A program made the position numbers and the translations under genes. The notes beneath the pieces are model-generated. The model searched no databases. It was given only the letters and a program-made list of their open reading frames with translations, and had not been told where the DNA came from. DNA of 64,000 nucleotides from Candidatus Parcubacteria bacterium (GTDB lineage Bacteria; Patescibacteriota; Patescibacteriia; Patescibacteriales; UBA12465), in assembly GCA_037076615.1 (NCBI GenBank), contig AP029158.1, forward strand, positions 197,470-261,469, read 5' to 3'. Below are positions 28,916-37,832 of the stretch, piece after piece. Position 1 is the first letter of the stretch. Every line of letters starts with the position of its first letter.

Positions 28916-31913
28916 ATGAGTCAAATAATAAAAATTTTTATTGACAAGGTAAATGGTCAGTTTGAAACTGGTCATGCCCGTGAGCACTCTTATCGCCCGG
29001 CTTTAGAAGAACTATTTAAAGAGATTACTGGCCTGAAAGTTATTAATGAGCCTAAAAGAAGTGAGTATGGTGCACCAGACTTTGTTTTTTTAAATAAAAA
29101 CATTGTAACTGCCCATGCTGAAGCTAAGGATTTACAGGTGTCGTTAAAAGAAATTGAAAAAAGTGATCAAATGATTAGGTATTATGGATACTCAAATTTG
29201 ATTTTAACTAATTGCTTGGAATTTAGATTTTATAAAAGCGGGCAAGCTTATGGCAATCCGATTATTATTGCTGAATTAAAAAATAATGCAATTTCGGTTG
29301 ATGAAACAAAATTTCAACTTCTTGAAGATACGATAAAAGATTTTATTAAGGACTCTAAAGAGCCTATTAGATCTGGTATTCATTTAGCTAGAGTTATGGC
29401 CGGTAAAGCCCGTCGTATTAGGGATAGCATTAAAAATTATTTGACCCTGGGAGATGATAGTACAAATCAGGAATTATTGGCTGTTTATGAAGTTATAAAA
29501 AAATTATTATTAGCCGATTTAGATAGAGAAAAGTTTGCTGACATGTATGCCCAGACTTTAGTGTATGGTCTTTTTGTTGCGCGTTATTACGACAAAACTT
29601 CAGAAACTTTTTCTAGACATGAGGCTCGTGATTTAGTTCCTGCCTCTAACCCTTTTCTTCGCCATTTTTTTGACCATATCGCCGGATCATCTTTTGACCC
29701 AAGAATTGAAATGATTGTTGATGAGTTATGTGAAGAATTTGCTCACGCTGATGTTCAAGCGATTGTTCATAATTATTATAAAGTTGATAAAGATGATAGC
29801 CGTGATCCTATCATTCATTTTTATGAAGACTTTTTGCAGGAGTATGACTCCAATGAACGAAAAAAGATGGGAGTTTTTTATACACCACTGCCAGTCGTTC
29901 GTTTTATCGTCCGTTCTATTGATGATATTTTAAAAAAAGAATTTGGTTTATTACGAGGTTTGGCAGATACTTCTAAAATTGAAGTTAAGCGAGAAAGTCA
30001 GGGTAAAAAATATAAAGATCAAATACATAAAGTACAAGTGCTTGACCCTGCCACTGGAACGGGTACATTCTTAAATGAAGTTATTTTACAAGTTAAGAAG
30101 TCTTTTTCTGGTCAAGAGGGAAGATGGAACAATTATGTTAATGAAGATTTATTACCACGGCTCCACGGCTTTGAATTAATGATGGCTTCTTATACTATTG
30201 CTCACTTAAAACTTTCTACTACAATTAAAGAATCTGGAGCAGAAATAAAAAATCAACGCCTCGGTGTTTATTTAACTAATTCTTTGGAAAAAGGATTGGT
30301 AGAGGAGAGAAATCTCTTTTCTGGTTTAGGGTTTGGCAAGGCTATTACCGATGAATCTATAGAAGCTAGTAGAATAAAAAATGATTTACCGATTATGGTC
30401 GTGCTTGGCAACCCGCCATATTCTGGGGAGTCAAATAATTCACATTATATTGCAAATGATGTTTATAAAATTGAGCCTAATGGAGGTAAGCTGCAAGAAC
30501 GCAATTCCAAATGGTTAAATGACGATTATGTAAAATTCATTCATTTTGCAGAAAGTATGATTGAAAAATCTGGCGAAGGAATTGTTGCCATGATTACCGC
30601 TCATGGTTATCTTGATAACCCAACTTTTAGAGGGATGCGATTTCATTTAACCAAAACATTTGATCAAATATATATTATTGATTTGCATGGGAATTCAAAA
30701 AAGAAAGAGGTCTCTCCAGATGGCGGTAAGGACGAGAATGTATTTAATATTATGCAGGGAGTGTCTATTATTTTGGCGATAAAAAAGAAAGGAAATAAAA
30801 ATCGTGTTGCTGATGTTTTTTATTCCGAGTTATGGGGGAAAAGAATTAAAAAGTTTGAGTCTCTTTCTGGCGAAATAAAGTATCAAAAAATTTCTCTAGA
30901 TCAAAAATATTATTTTTTTGTACCAAAAAATATTGAAGGGAAAATTGAATATGAAAAGGGATTTTCTATCGGAGATTTGTTTGTTCAAAATAGTGTTGGC
31001 GTTGTTACCGCAAAAGACTCTGTGTTTATTGCGGACAGCGAAAAAAGATTAAAGGATCAAATAAATAAGTATTTTGAAGATAACAAAATTAATGAAATAT
31101 TTAACGAGGATAAAATAAAAAAAATTTCTTATAGACCATTGGATAACAAAATAATATATTGGGATACAAAATTACTTGAACGTTCGAGAGAAAGGTTGAT
31201 GAAACATTTTTTTAAGGAAAATGTTGGTTTAGTTTTAGTTAGACAATTCAAATCTGGGGGAAAATTATTGTCATGTCTTAATCTCTAAATTAATAGTTGA
31301 GTCTACTTTTATATCAAATAAGACAAGTGAGATTGGATATCTATTTCCTGTCTACTTGTATAATGATATTGGCATAAAAATTTCTAACCTAAAAAAAGAA
31401 ATTGTTGATGATATAGAAAAAATAGTTGGCAAAACAACTCCAGAGAATATTTTAGATTATATTTATGCTGTTTTATATTCACCAACTTATCGTGAAAAAT
31501 ATAAAGAATTTTTAAAAATTGATTTTCCGAGAGCACCTTATCCAGAAAGTAAAGAGCAATTTGAATCATTAGTTTCTTTTGGTAAAGAGCTTCGTGGACT
31601 TCATCTTTTAGAATCATCAAAGTTAAATAGTTTTATTACCACTTACCCTGAGGTTGGCGACGATATTATTGAAAAGAAATTTCCAGTATATAAAGATGAA
31701 AAAGTTTATATTAATGACATCCAGTATTTTGGAAACGTGCCACTAATTGCTTGGAATTTTTATATTGGCGGTTATCAGCCGGCTCAAAAATGGTTAAAAG
31801 ATAGGCGTGAGAGAAAATTATTCAATGAAGATATTGAACACTATCAAAAAATGATTACTGTACTTATGGAGACTGATAGAATAATGAAGGAGATTGATAA
31901 ATTTTTTAAGTAA
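28916..31913 (+). pseudogene. Type IIG (MmeI/type-ISP-C-terminal-like) fused endonuclease / N6-adenine methyltransferase, split by a frameshift at a G5 tract
   Basis: N-terminal PD...EAK nuclease-like motif (GAPDFVF at 29075, AHAEAKD at 29120). MTase motif I VLDPATGTGTFL and motif IV NPPY at 30410-30421. The downstream ORF carries YAVLYSPTYREKYKEFLKIDFPRAPYP. The +1 frame is open from 31239 and reads ...ENYCHVLISKLIVESTFISNKTSEIGYLFPVYLYNDIG straight into ORF 31356-31913. The shift maps to tctGGGGGaaaa at 31256-31260. Confidence 0.8.
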
Positions 31914-33258
31914 TAGATAGTTGTTTATTGTTTAGTATTAGCTTACTACTCAAATTCCCCAGTACCTCTCTTTTCTCGCCAATTTTTCCGTGCTCTAAAA
32001 CATATCTAATATAGGCTTTGATATCGGCACCCTTTTCTTTGATTTTGGATTTGATATTAAGATCTCCGCCTGATATCGCCGAAGCCATCATGCTGAATCT
32101 TTTTATTTCCTCATTTATCTTATCTTGTATTACCTTATCTTTGAATTCCAGTTTATCAGCCATCGCTACAATTTGATTGATTAATTCTTCCTCTCTAATA
32201 AATGGCTCTCGGCAATCGGTATTGATGTGTCTGGTACAGCGGTAATATACATATTTTTTAAGGCTCCCGTCAGAGAGCCTTTTGATTTTTTCTTCTGCTG
32301 TAATTCCGCCACCGCAATTTCCGCATTTAATTAATTTGGTAAATTGAAATTCTTTTAAGCCATATTTTTCTTTTGGTGCTGACAGTAGATTGGCTCTCGC
32401 TTTTTCAAAAAGCTCTTTATCTATTAGTGGCTCATGGCTTCCTTTATACCAATTACCTGATCCAGTAGGGAATTCAAATTCCCCATAATAGAAAGTCATG
32501 CCTAGTAGTCTATATAATCCGCTGAGCGTTAATATTTTGCCGGTTCTAGTTGTGAATTTAATATCATCTCTTAGCCAGCGATATACTTCTCGTCCAGAAA
32601 TAGCATCGTTACCAACTCTCTCAAAGACTTGTTTGATGATTGGTGCTCTTTCGGGGTCAAGTAGTATTCGGCTTTTACCTCTGACGGCGAGCTTCTCGTT
32701 CAAATAACCAAGAGGACAGTGTCCTGGTCTAATTCCTAAATCACATTTAGCCCTCAAACCTCTTTTTACATTTATTCCTTTATTATCATTTTCCAGCTTC
32801 GCCTGCGAACAGAGAATCATGAGCAAGAATTTTTCGTTCGGCGAATTTTTAAAGACCTGGCCGTTAGTTCGTATTTCTTTGAGCAGCCCTTGATCCATTA
32901 AATCAACCACCGTGCCTAAATCTCCGGCGTTACGACTAACTCTATCCGGTGCCCAAGTAAGGATGGCGTTAAATTTACCCAGTCTAATGTCGGTGAGTAA
33001 TTCATTAAAGACAGGTCGTCCGCCCGAGCTTTTGGCGGAGTGAGATTCCTTTTTTATGTCTATAATGGTCAGGTTGTCTCTTTGAGCTAGCTGGATCATT
33101 TCATTGATCTGAGAATCAATGGAAAGGGCTTGTCTTTCATCTTCTTCGGTCGATTTTCGAGCGTAGAGGCAGTACTGTAAGGGTACCGCTTGGAGCTCTA
33201 AATTTGCCCTAATTTGCCCGTAGGCGACGTTGGTGGCTAGTTGTTCTTGTTGTTGCAT
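31906..33258 (-). CDS. Large serine recombinase (resolvase domain, recombinase domain and zinc ribbon)
   Basis: YCLYARKSTEEDERQALSIDSQ catalytic Ser region, ILTWAPDRVSRN, a recombinase domain, and a Cys cluster CGNCGGGI...YYRCTRH...C. Confidence 0.88.
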   Translation of the reverse strand: MQQQEQLATNVAYGQIRANLELQAVPLQYCLYARKSTEEDERQALSIDSQINEMIQLAQRDNLTIIDIKKESHSAKSSGGRPVFNELLTDIRLGKFNAILTWAPDRVSRNAGDLGTVVDLMDQGLLKEIRTNGQVFKNSPNEKFLLMILCSQAKLENDNKGINVKRGLRAKCDLGIRPGHCPLGYLNEKLAVRGKSRILLDPERAPIIKQVFERVGNDAISGREVYRWLRDDIKFTTRTGKILTLSGLYRLLGMTFYYGEFEFPTGSGNWYKGSHEPLIDKELFEKARANLLSAPKEKYGLKEFQFTKLIKCGNCGGGITAEEKIKRLSDGSLKKYVYYRCTRHINTDCREPFIREEELINQIVAMADKLEFKDKVIQDKINEEIKRFSMMASAISGGDLNIKSKIKEKGADIKAYIRYVLEHGKIGEKREVLGNLSSKLILNNKQLSIT

Positions 33259-33450
33259 AATCCTTAAATTTACGTATTACAAGCACATTAATGACGCAAC
33301 TCACGAAGGAAGTCCAGGTCCCAGCTGTTGGTAACTATACTTTACTCTTGACCTTATTTATATTATTATATATAATATTATTAACGTTAAGGGTTAATAA
33401 AAATATTATGAAATCCCCTCGTTTTACAAATTTAATATCTTATGTAAAAA

Positions 33451-33786
33451 ATGGAAGTTCAGTATACCAAAAAAGCGTTAAAAAAAATGTGTCCGGATTG
33501 GCAATGCATCCGCTCTTTTGGTGATAATATTGGACGGAAAATATTATTGCGTATAACGCAGTTTAAGGCAGCAAGTTGCTTGGATGATTTAAGAAACGCC
33601 CCAGGATTACATGAAGAATTAAAAGAAAATCGTAAGACACAGCTAAGTTGCCGTTTAACTGCTAATTGGAGATTAATATATCGTCCATTTGGTAATTGGG
33701 AAGAATATCTTGAAAACGGAAGTTTATCTTGGAAGAAGGTGGATAAAATAGAAATAATTGAGGCAGAGGATTATCATAATAATTAA
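33451..33786 (+). CDS. higB: HigB-like (RelE/ParE superfamily) toxin
   Basis: The layout MEVQYTKKALKKM...IGRKILLRITQFKAASCLDDLRNAPGLHEELKENRKTQLSCRLTANWRLIYRPF matches the HigB 'plasmid maintenance system killer' family. It sits directly upstream of a HigA-type HTH. Confidence 0.7.
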   Translation: MEVQYTKKALKKMCPDWQCIRSFGDNIGRKILLRITQFKAASCLDDLRNAPGLHEELKENRKTQLSCRLTANWRLIYRPFGNWEEYLENGSLSWKKVDKIEIIEAEDYHNN

Positions 33787-33812
33787 TATATAAATTTTTT
33801 AATTTTAAATAT

Positions 33813-34901
33813 ATGTCTAGTATCAAAAGCAATACTCCAATTTTGATTTTACCAGGAGAAACGCTTATTGATTTATTGGAAGAAAAGGGAATGACTCAGG
33901 CTGAGTTAGCAGAAAGAATGGGGCGACCACTAAAGACAATAAATGAAATAATCAAAGGTAAGACTAGTATTACACCAGAGACAGCAATTCAACTTGAAGG
34001 TGTTTTTTCTGTTCCTGCTAGTTTTTGGATGAATTTAGAGAGCAACTATCAAGTTGCTCTAGTTCGTTTTAATTTTGGAGAAAAATTAAAAGAAGAGTAT
34101 AAAATTGCTGAAAAATATCCTTATAAAGAAATGATAAAATTGAATTGGATACCTGGTGTTAAAGACGCAAAAGAAATTGTCCAATCTTTGCTTAGTTTTT
34201 TTGGTGTTATTTCTTTGAAAAATGTGATTGAGAAGAACATCTTTGTTGGGGCGCAGTATAGAATTTCTACTAAAAAAGAATATTCAAAAGAGGCGATTAC
34301 CGCTTGGCTTAGAAAAGGTGTTCTAGAAGCTCAAAAGATAAATACAAGCGATTTTGATGAAAAAAAACTACGAGATTCTATTTTAACAATAAAAAGTTTA
34401 ATGTTTAGTCATCCTAATGAATTTATGCCACAGTTAACAAAAATATTGGCTGATTGTGGAGTGGCTTTAGTTATCTTAAAGAGCTTAAAAAATGCGCCTA
34501 TTAATGGAGTAACTAGATGGATATCGCCTAAAAAGGCTTTAATCCAGATGAGTATTCGGGGCAAATATGCTGATATTTTTTGGTTTTCTTTATTTCATGA
34601 ATTAGGTCATTTGCTTCTGCATCGGAAAAAAGATATTTATATTGATTCTGAAGATGAAAAAGTTAATAAAGAACAAGAAGATCAGGCTAATAAATTTGCT
34701 TCTGAGTGTTTGATTCCGGAATCAGAATATAATTCTTTTGTAAATAAATTTAAGATGTTTGCAAATATTGAATCATTAAAATTATTTGCAAGGGAAAATG
34801 GCGTAACTAATGGAATTCTAGTCGGCAGATTACAAAATGATCAAATTATAGGTCGTAATCAGCTAAATGGTTTGAGGGATAAATATGAGTGGATTGATTA
34901 A
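33813..34901 (+). CDS. HigA-type XRE HTH antitoxin fused to an ImmA/IrrE (COG2856) zinc metallopeptidase domain
   Basis: N-terminus LPGETLIDLLEEKGMTQAELAERMGRPLKTINEIIKGKTSITPETAIQLEGVFSVPASFWMNLESNY is a HigA-family HTH. The C-terminal half holds an HEXXH motif (FHELGHLLLH, nt 34596-34610). Confidence 0.8.
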   Translation: MSSIKSNTPILILPGETLIDLLEEKGMTQAELAERMGRPLKTINEIIKGKTSITPETAIQLEGVFSVPASFWMNLESNYQVALVRFNFGEKLKEEYKIAEKYPYKEMIKLNWIPGVKDAKEIVQSLLSFFGVISLKNVIEKNIFVGAQYRISTKKEYSKEAITAWLRKGVLEAQKINTSDFDEKKLRDSILTIKSLMFSHPNEFMPQLTKILADCGVALVILKSLKNAPINGVTRWISPKKALIQMSIRGKYADIFWFSLFHELGHLLLHRKKDIYIDSEDEKVNKEQEDQANKFASECLIPESEYNSFVNKFKMFANIESLKLFARENGVTNGILVGRLQNDQIIGRNQLNGLRDKYEWID

Positions 34902-34903
34902 TT

Positions 34904-35506
34904 ATGTCTAATAATTATTCAAATTCTTTTGTCATTTTTGCTTCCTCAATTGGATTCTTTTATAATACTGCAGAAAAGTTTAAAGATGATACTATTTTTT
35001 TAAAGAAGGAGTCTGATAATTGTACACCCTCGTTTCATTTACTATCTTCTTTGGTTGTTGAGTTATTGCCAAAAGTATTAATAGCTTTGGATGTTTGCTT
35101 AAAATATAAAAATAAACAAAATCAGGAGATATCACAAGATGATTTAATTAAAGAGATATCTAAGGAGATGAATAAATTTGGTCATAACTTGGAGAAACTT
35201 TATAAGAATTTTCCGGACCTGATGAGTTATTTGAATATAAAGGATATTGAAGAATATCCGCCGAAGGCAGTTATTAGTAGAAGAGATTATTTTGTGTGGC
35301 AATATAATTTTACTTTTATTGATTATATTAATCCAGTTATGATTAAAAATATAGAGGCTATTAGATATGGATCATTTGCCAATAAGCCAGATGTGGCGAC
35401 TATCTGTATTGATGATGATAAAATTATTGATTTTCTTGAAAAATTAGACAATTACGTCATTCAAAAGAAGGCGGAAACAAGAGAAATATTATTAAGTAGT
35501 TTATAG
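34904..35506 (+). CDS. Hypothetical 200-aa protein, third gene of the HigB / HTH-ImmA operon
   Basis: The ATG is 2 nt after the upstream stop (taattATG). AT-rich island composition. Predicted helical, with no domain recognised. Confidence 0.6.
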   Translation: MSNNYSNSFVIFASSIGFFYNTAEKFKDDTIFLKKESDNCTPSFHLLSSLVVELLPKVLIALDVCLKYKNKQNQEISQDDLIKEISKEMNKFGHNLEKLYKNFPDLMSYLNIKDIEEYPPKAVISRRDYFVWQYNFTFIDYINPVMIKNIEAIRYGSFANKPDVATICIDDDKIIDFLEKLDNYVIQKKAETREILLSSL

Positions 35507-35581
35507 TGTCTCATTTGTCTCATTTTCCATTAAATGGAACACCGTAAAACCCCTTTTATAGTGTCTCATTTGTCCCATTTC
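35502..35581 (+). repeat. Two 25-bp direct repeats (tatagtgtctcatttgtcYcattt) 55 bp apart
   Basis: Copies at 35502-35526 and 35557-35581 differ at one base. The first overlaps the stop codon of the 200-aa gene. A ccattaaatgg palindrome lies between them. Confidence 0.75.
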
Positions 35582-35682
35582 TGATAGAATATAGTCATAC
35601 CCACAAGCCGTTGGAAAGTACTCAGAAACCATCGGAAATCCCTTGAAATTTATGTTCTAAACCCGAACGGGGTGCGGTAAAT

Positions 35683-35710
35683 AAAAACATCCCAAACTTG
35701 GGATGTTTTT
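35683..35710. terminator. Strong bidirectional hairpin terminator
   Basis: aaaacatccca-aact-tgggatgtttt, flanked by A-rich and T-rich runs. Confidence 0.65.
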
Positions 35711-35989
35711 GTTTACTTTCGCGAAGCGACAGAGGAAGCGGACAAGCGGCGAGCGAGTCTTGAGCGAGAGCGGAAGCTTGAGCGAAAAGGGGAGCGACGA
35801 TGAGCCCGAGCTGGCGCAGGGCTCAGCGGCCGGTCTGGAATTGTACAAATAATGACATTCAATTAACAAGCTAATCTCAGAACAAAAAGTTTTGGGATTT
35901 TTTATTTGTTTTATTTTTGCTCTCAGTCTCAAAAAGTGCTATATTTTTAGATAGCGGACGCTAGTTCGCTCTAGTAATTAGATAAAAAT

Positions 35990-36394
35990 ATGAAAGGTTA
36001 TAACGACAACATTGAAGAATTAACATTAGCTAACACTAACTTTCGCGAGGTTCTCTATACCGGTAAACACGCGCAATTAGTTTTAATGTCTTTGAAGCCG
36101 GGCGAGGAAATCGGCTCCGAAGTCCACGGGGAGATTGATCAGTTTTTCCGCTTTGAGGGCGGTGAAGGTAAGGTATTAGTCGACGACAATGAGTACGTTG
36201 TCAGTGATGGAAGTGCGGTGATTGTGCCTGCGGGTGCGGAGCATAATGTTATTAATACTTCCACCTCTGAGGATTTAAAGCTTTACACTCTTTATTCTCC
36301 AGCGGAGCATAAAGAGGGGATTATCCAGGCCACCAAAGAAGAGGCCGAGGCCCGGCACGAACAAGAACAGTTTGATGGTCAAACCACTGAATAA
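35990..36394 (+). CDS. Cupin-domain protein
   Basis: GEEIGSEVHGEIDQFFRFEGGEG...VIVPAGAEHNVIN shows the two cupin motifs with a His/Glu metal-site pattern. Confidence 0.8.
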   Translation: MKGYNDNIEELTLANTNFREVLYTGKHAQLVLMSLKPGEEIGSEVHGEIDQFFRFEGGEGKVLVDDNEYVVSDGSAVIVPAGAEHNVINTSTSEDLKLYTLYSPAEHKEGIIQATKEEAEARHEQEQFDGQTTE

Positions 36395-36410
36395 AAATAA
36401 AATAAAAAAA

Positions 36411-36441
36411 AGACTTCGCCTTAACAGTGAAGTCTTTTTTT
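36411..36441. terminator. Bidirectional terminator between convergent genes
   Basis: agacttcgc-cttaaca-gtgaagtct hairpin, with A8 upstream and T7 downstream. Confidence 0.7.
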
Positions 36442-36451
36442 GTGAGTAAAT

Positions 36452-37648
36452 TTATTCTTTTTCCGCGCGGCTAAATTTTAACTGTAAACCTTCGGCGCTA
36501 ATTAAGGTTAGGGCATCACCTTCTAGTTTATACTCTGGATTCGATTGTAGGGTTTGGCTGATAGTGCGCTCAGCATCCATTAAATCTTCGTTCTCGCAAT
36601 ACATTAAGGTGGAAATTATGCTCTCAGTGATAATAATTTGCTGGTCTTTGATAATGTAGTTGCCGCCAAAACTATTGCAAGCGCGACCGTAAACCCGATC
36701 ATCCTCAAAAGTAATTTTTACATTAGCTTTACTAAGATCAGTCCAGACCGCCCCGTTGCCTTTAGTATTTAGTAGCCAGGTAGTCTCGCTTAGAGGATTG
36801 GTTCCCGGTGCCGGGCGAAATTTAAATTGTCGTTCTTCATTATCTTTAATAATTAAATTATTTTCGTAATCAAATTCGTAAGTGGCCGTACCGCTTAAAG
36901 TTTTAGTTAAGCTTTGTTCAATGACCATTAACTCCTCATCAGCACAAAGCATCTCGGTTAAGAGAATATTGGCAGCGAACAACTTGCCATCTTTGGCTTG
37001 GTAATCACCACCATAACTATTACAAATTCTTCCTCCTAAAGTTTCGGTCTCAAAATTTAAGGTGATGTCTTTGGCGCTAGCATCATGCCAGGCACCGTCA
37101 GCACGGTAGTGGTTTAAAATCCAGTGGGTACCGGACAATTCGGCCTCCTGGGCCGCTTGTTTGACGAGGATAACTTTCCCGCCGCCGTCATCACTAATAA
37201 TTAAATCACCTTGATTATTGATTTCTAGGAGCTGGTTATTTTCTAAAGAATTTATAAAAATATTCTCAATTACCATTAAGCTGCCGGCGCAGGCCATGCG
37301 CGTACTAATTAGTCCGGGGGTAGTGATAAGATTATTTTTTAATTCGTAATCACCACTGATGTTATTACAAATGCGGGCGTTAATTCGATCAGCACTGAAT
37401 TCAACGGTTGGGGCTTGGCTGCCACTCGAAGCTAAAAAGATACCACTTTGATTATGAGCTTCTTTAATCGTCCAATTGCTATCCTCAAGATTTATTATCG
37501 AAGTGGAATCGGCATTATTTTTTCCGATTTTCTTTGGATCATTTTGCCTGTTACCAGCGATTAAAAAATCGGTTAGGAACCAAATCACGGCAATCAAACA
37601 AAACGCGCCTAAAAGTAAAAGAATTAAATTGTTGGATTTTTTGTTCAT
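36452..37648 (-). CDS. Membrane-anchored protein with three META (HslJ-like) domains
   Basis: N-terminal TM helix. Three repeats follow of W-x-L...F...R-[IV]-x-[AG]-x-[IA]CN-x-[IFY]-x-G-x-Y...T-x-M-x-C...E...L. Confidence 0.75.
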   Translation of the reverse strand: MNKKSNNLILLLLGAFCLIAVIWFLTDFLIAGNRQNDPKKIGKNNADSTSIINLEDSNWTIKEAHNQSGIFLASSGSQAPTVEFSADRINARICNNISGDYELKNNLITTPGLISTRMACAGSLMVIENIFINSLENNQLLEINNQGDLIISDDGGGKVILVKQAAQEAELSGTHWILNHYRADGAWHDASAKDITLNFETETLGGRICNSYGGDYQAKDGKLFAANILLTEMLCADEELMVIEQSLTKTLSGTATYEFDYENNLIIKDNEERQFKFRPAPGTNPLSETTWLLNTKGNGAVWTDLSKANVKITFEDDRVYGRACNSFGGNYIIKDQQIIITESIISTLMYCENEDLMDAERTISQTLQSNPEYKLEGDALTLISAEGLQLKFSRAEKE

Positions 37649-37750
37649 AAAATTGTTTTTATGTTTATATTATATAAGAAAACAGCCAAAAATCATAATC
37701 AGAAAAAAATTGCTAAAAAAAATAAAAGGTGATTTAATAAAGGTGCTTCG

Positions 37751-37822
37751 GCCTCCATAGTTTAATGGATAGAACGCGAGCTTCCGGAGCTCGTAGTAGG
37801 GGTTCGATTCCCTTTGGGGGCA
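37751..37822 (+). tRNA. tRNA-Arg (anticodon CCG)
   Basis: Acceptor gcctcca/tgggggc (one U-G pair), D arm gtttaatggatagaac, anticodon stem cgagc/gctcg with loop ttCCGga, T arm agggg-ttcgatt-ccctt. Confidence 0.88.
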
Positions 37823-37832
37823 CTATTTTTTT

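Larger units (their letters stand above)
28766..35700. mobile_element. AT-rich genomic island beside tRNA-Trp (RM, serine recombinase and TA-like genes); right boundary approximate
   Basis: The sequence becomes visibly more AT-rich right after the tRNA. Cargo consists of a type IIG RM gene, a large serine recombinase, HigB and a HigA-ImmA fusion. It ends in a non-coding zone with direct repeats and a strong hairpin. No tRNA-derived direct repeat was found. Confidence 0.5.

Noticed and set aside
33291-33524. 77-aa ORF upstream of and overlapping higB
   Set aside because: It is hydrophobic and low-complexity, lies in the AT-rich promoter region, and overlaps the better-supported HigB-like ORF in another frame.
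35657-35932. 91-aa minus-strand ORF and a 49-codon plus-strand ORF (35703-35852) across the GC-rich patch
   Set aside because: Both translations are Ser/Arg/Leu/Glu-rich low-complexity strings produced by the AGCG repeats. The plus-strand start lies inside the terminator hairpin. The region is reported as a non-coding oddity instead.
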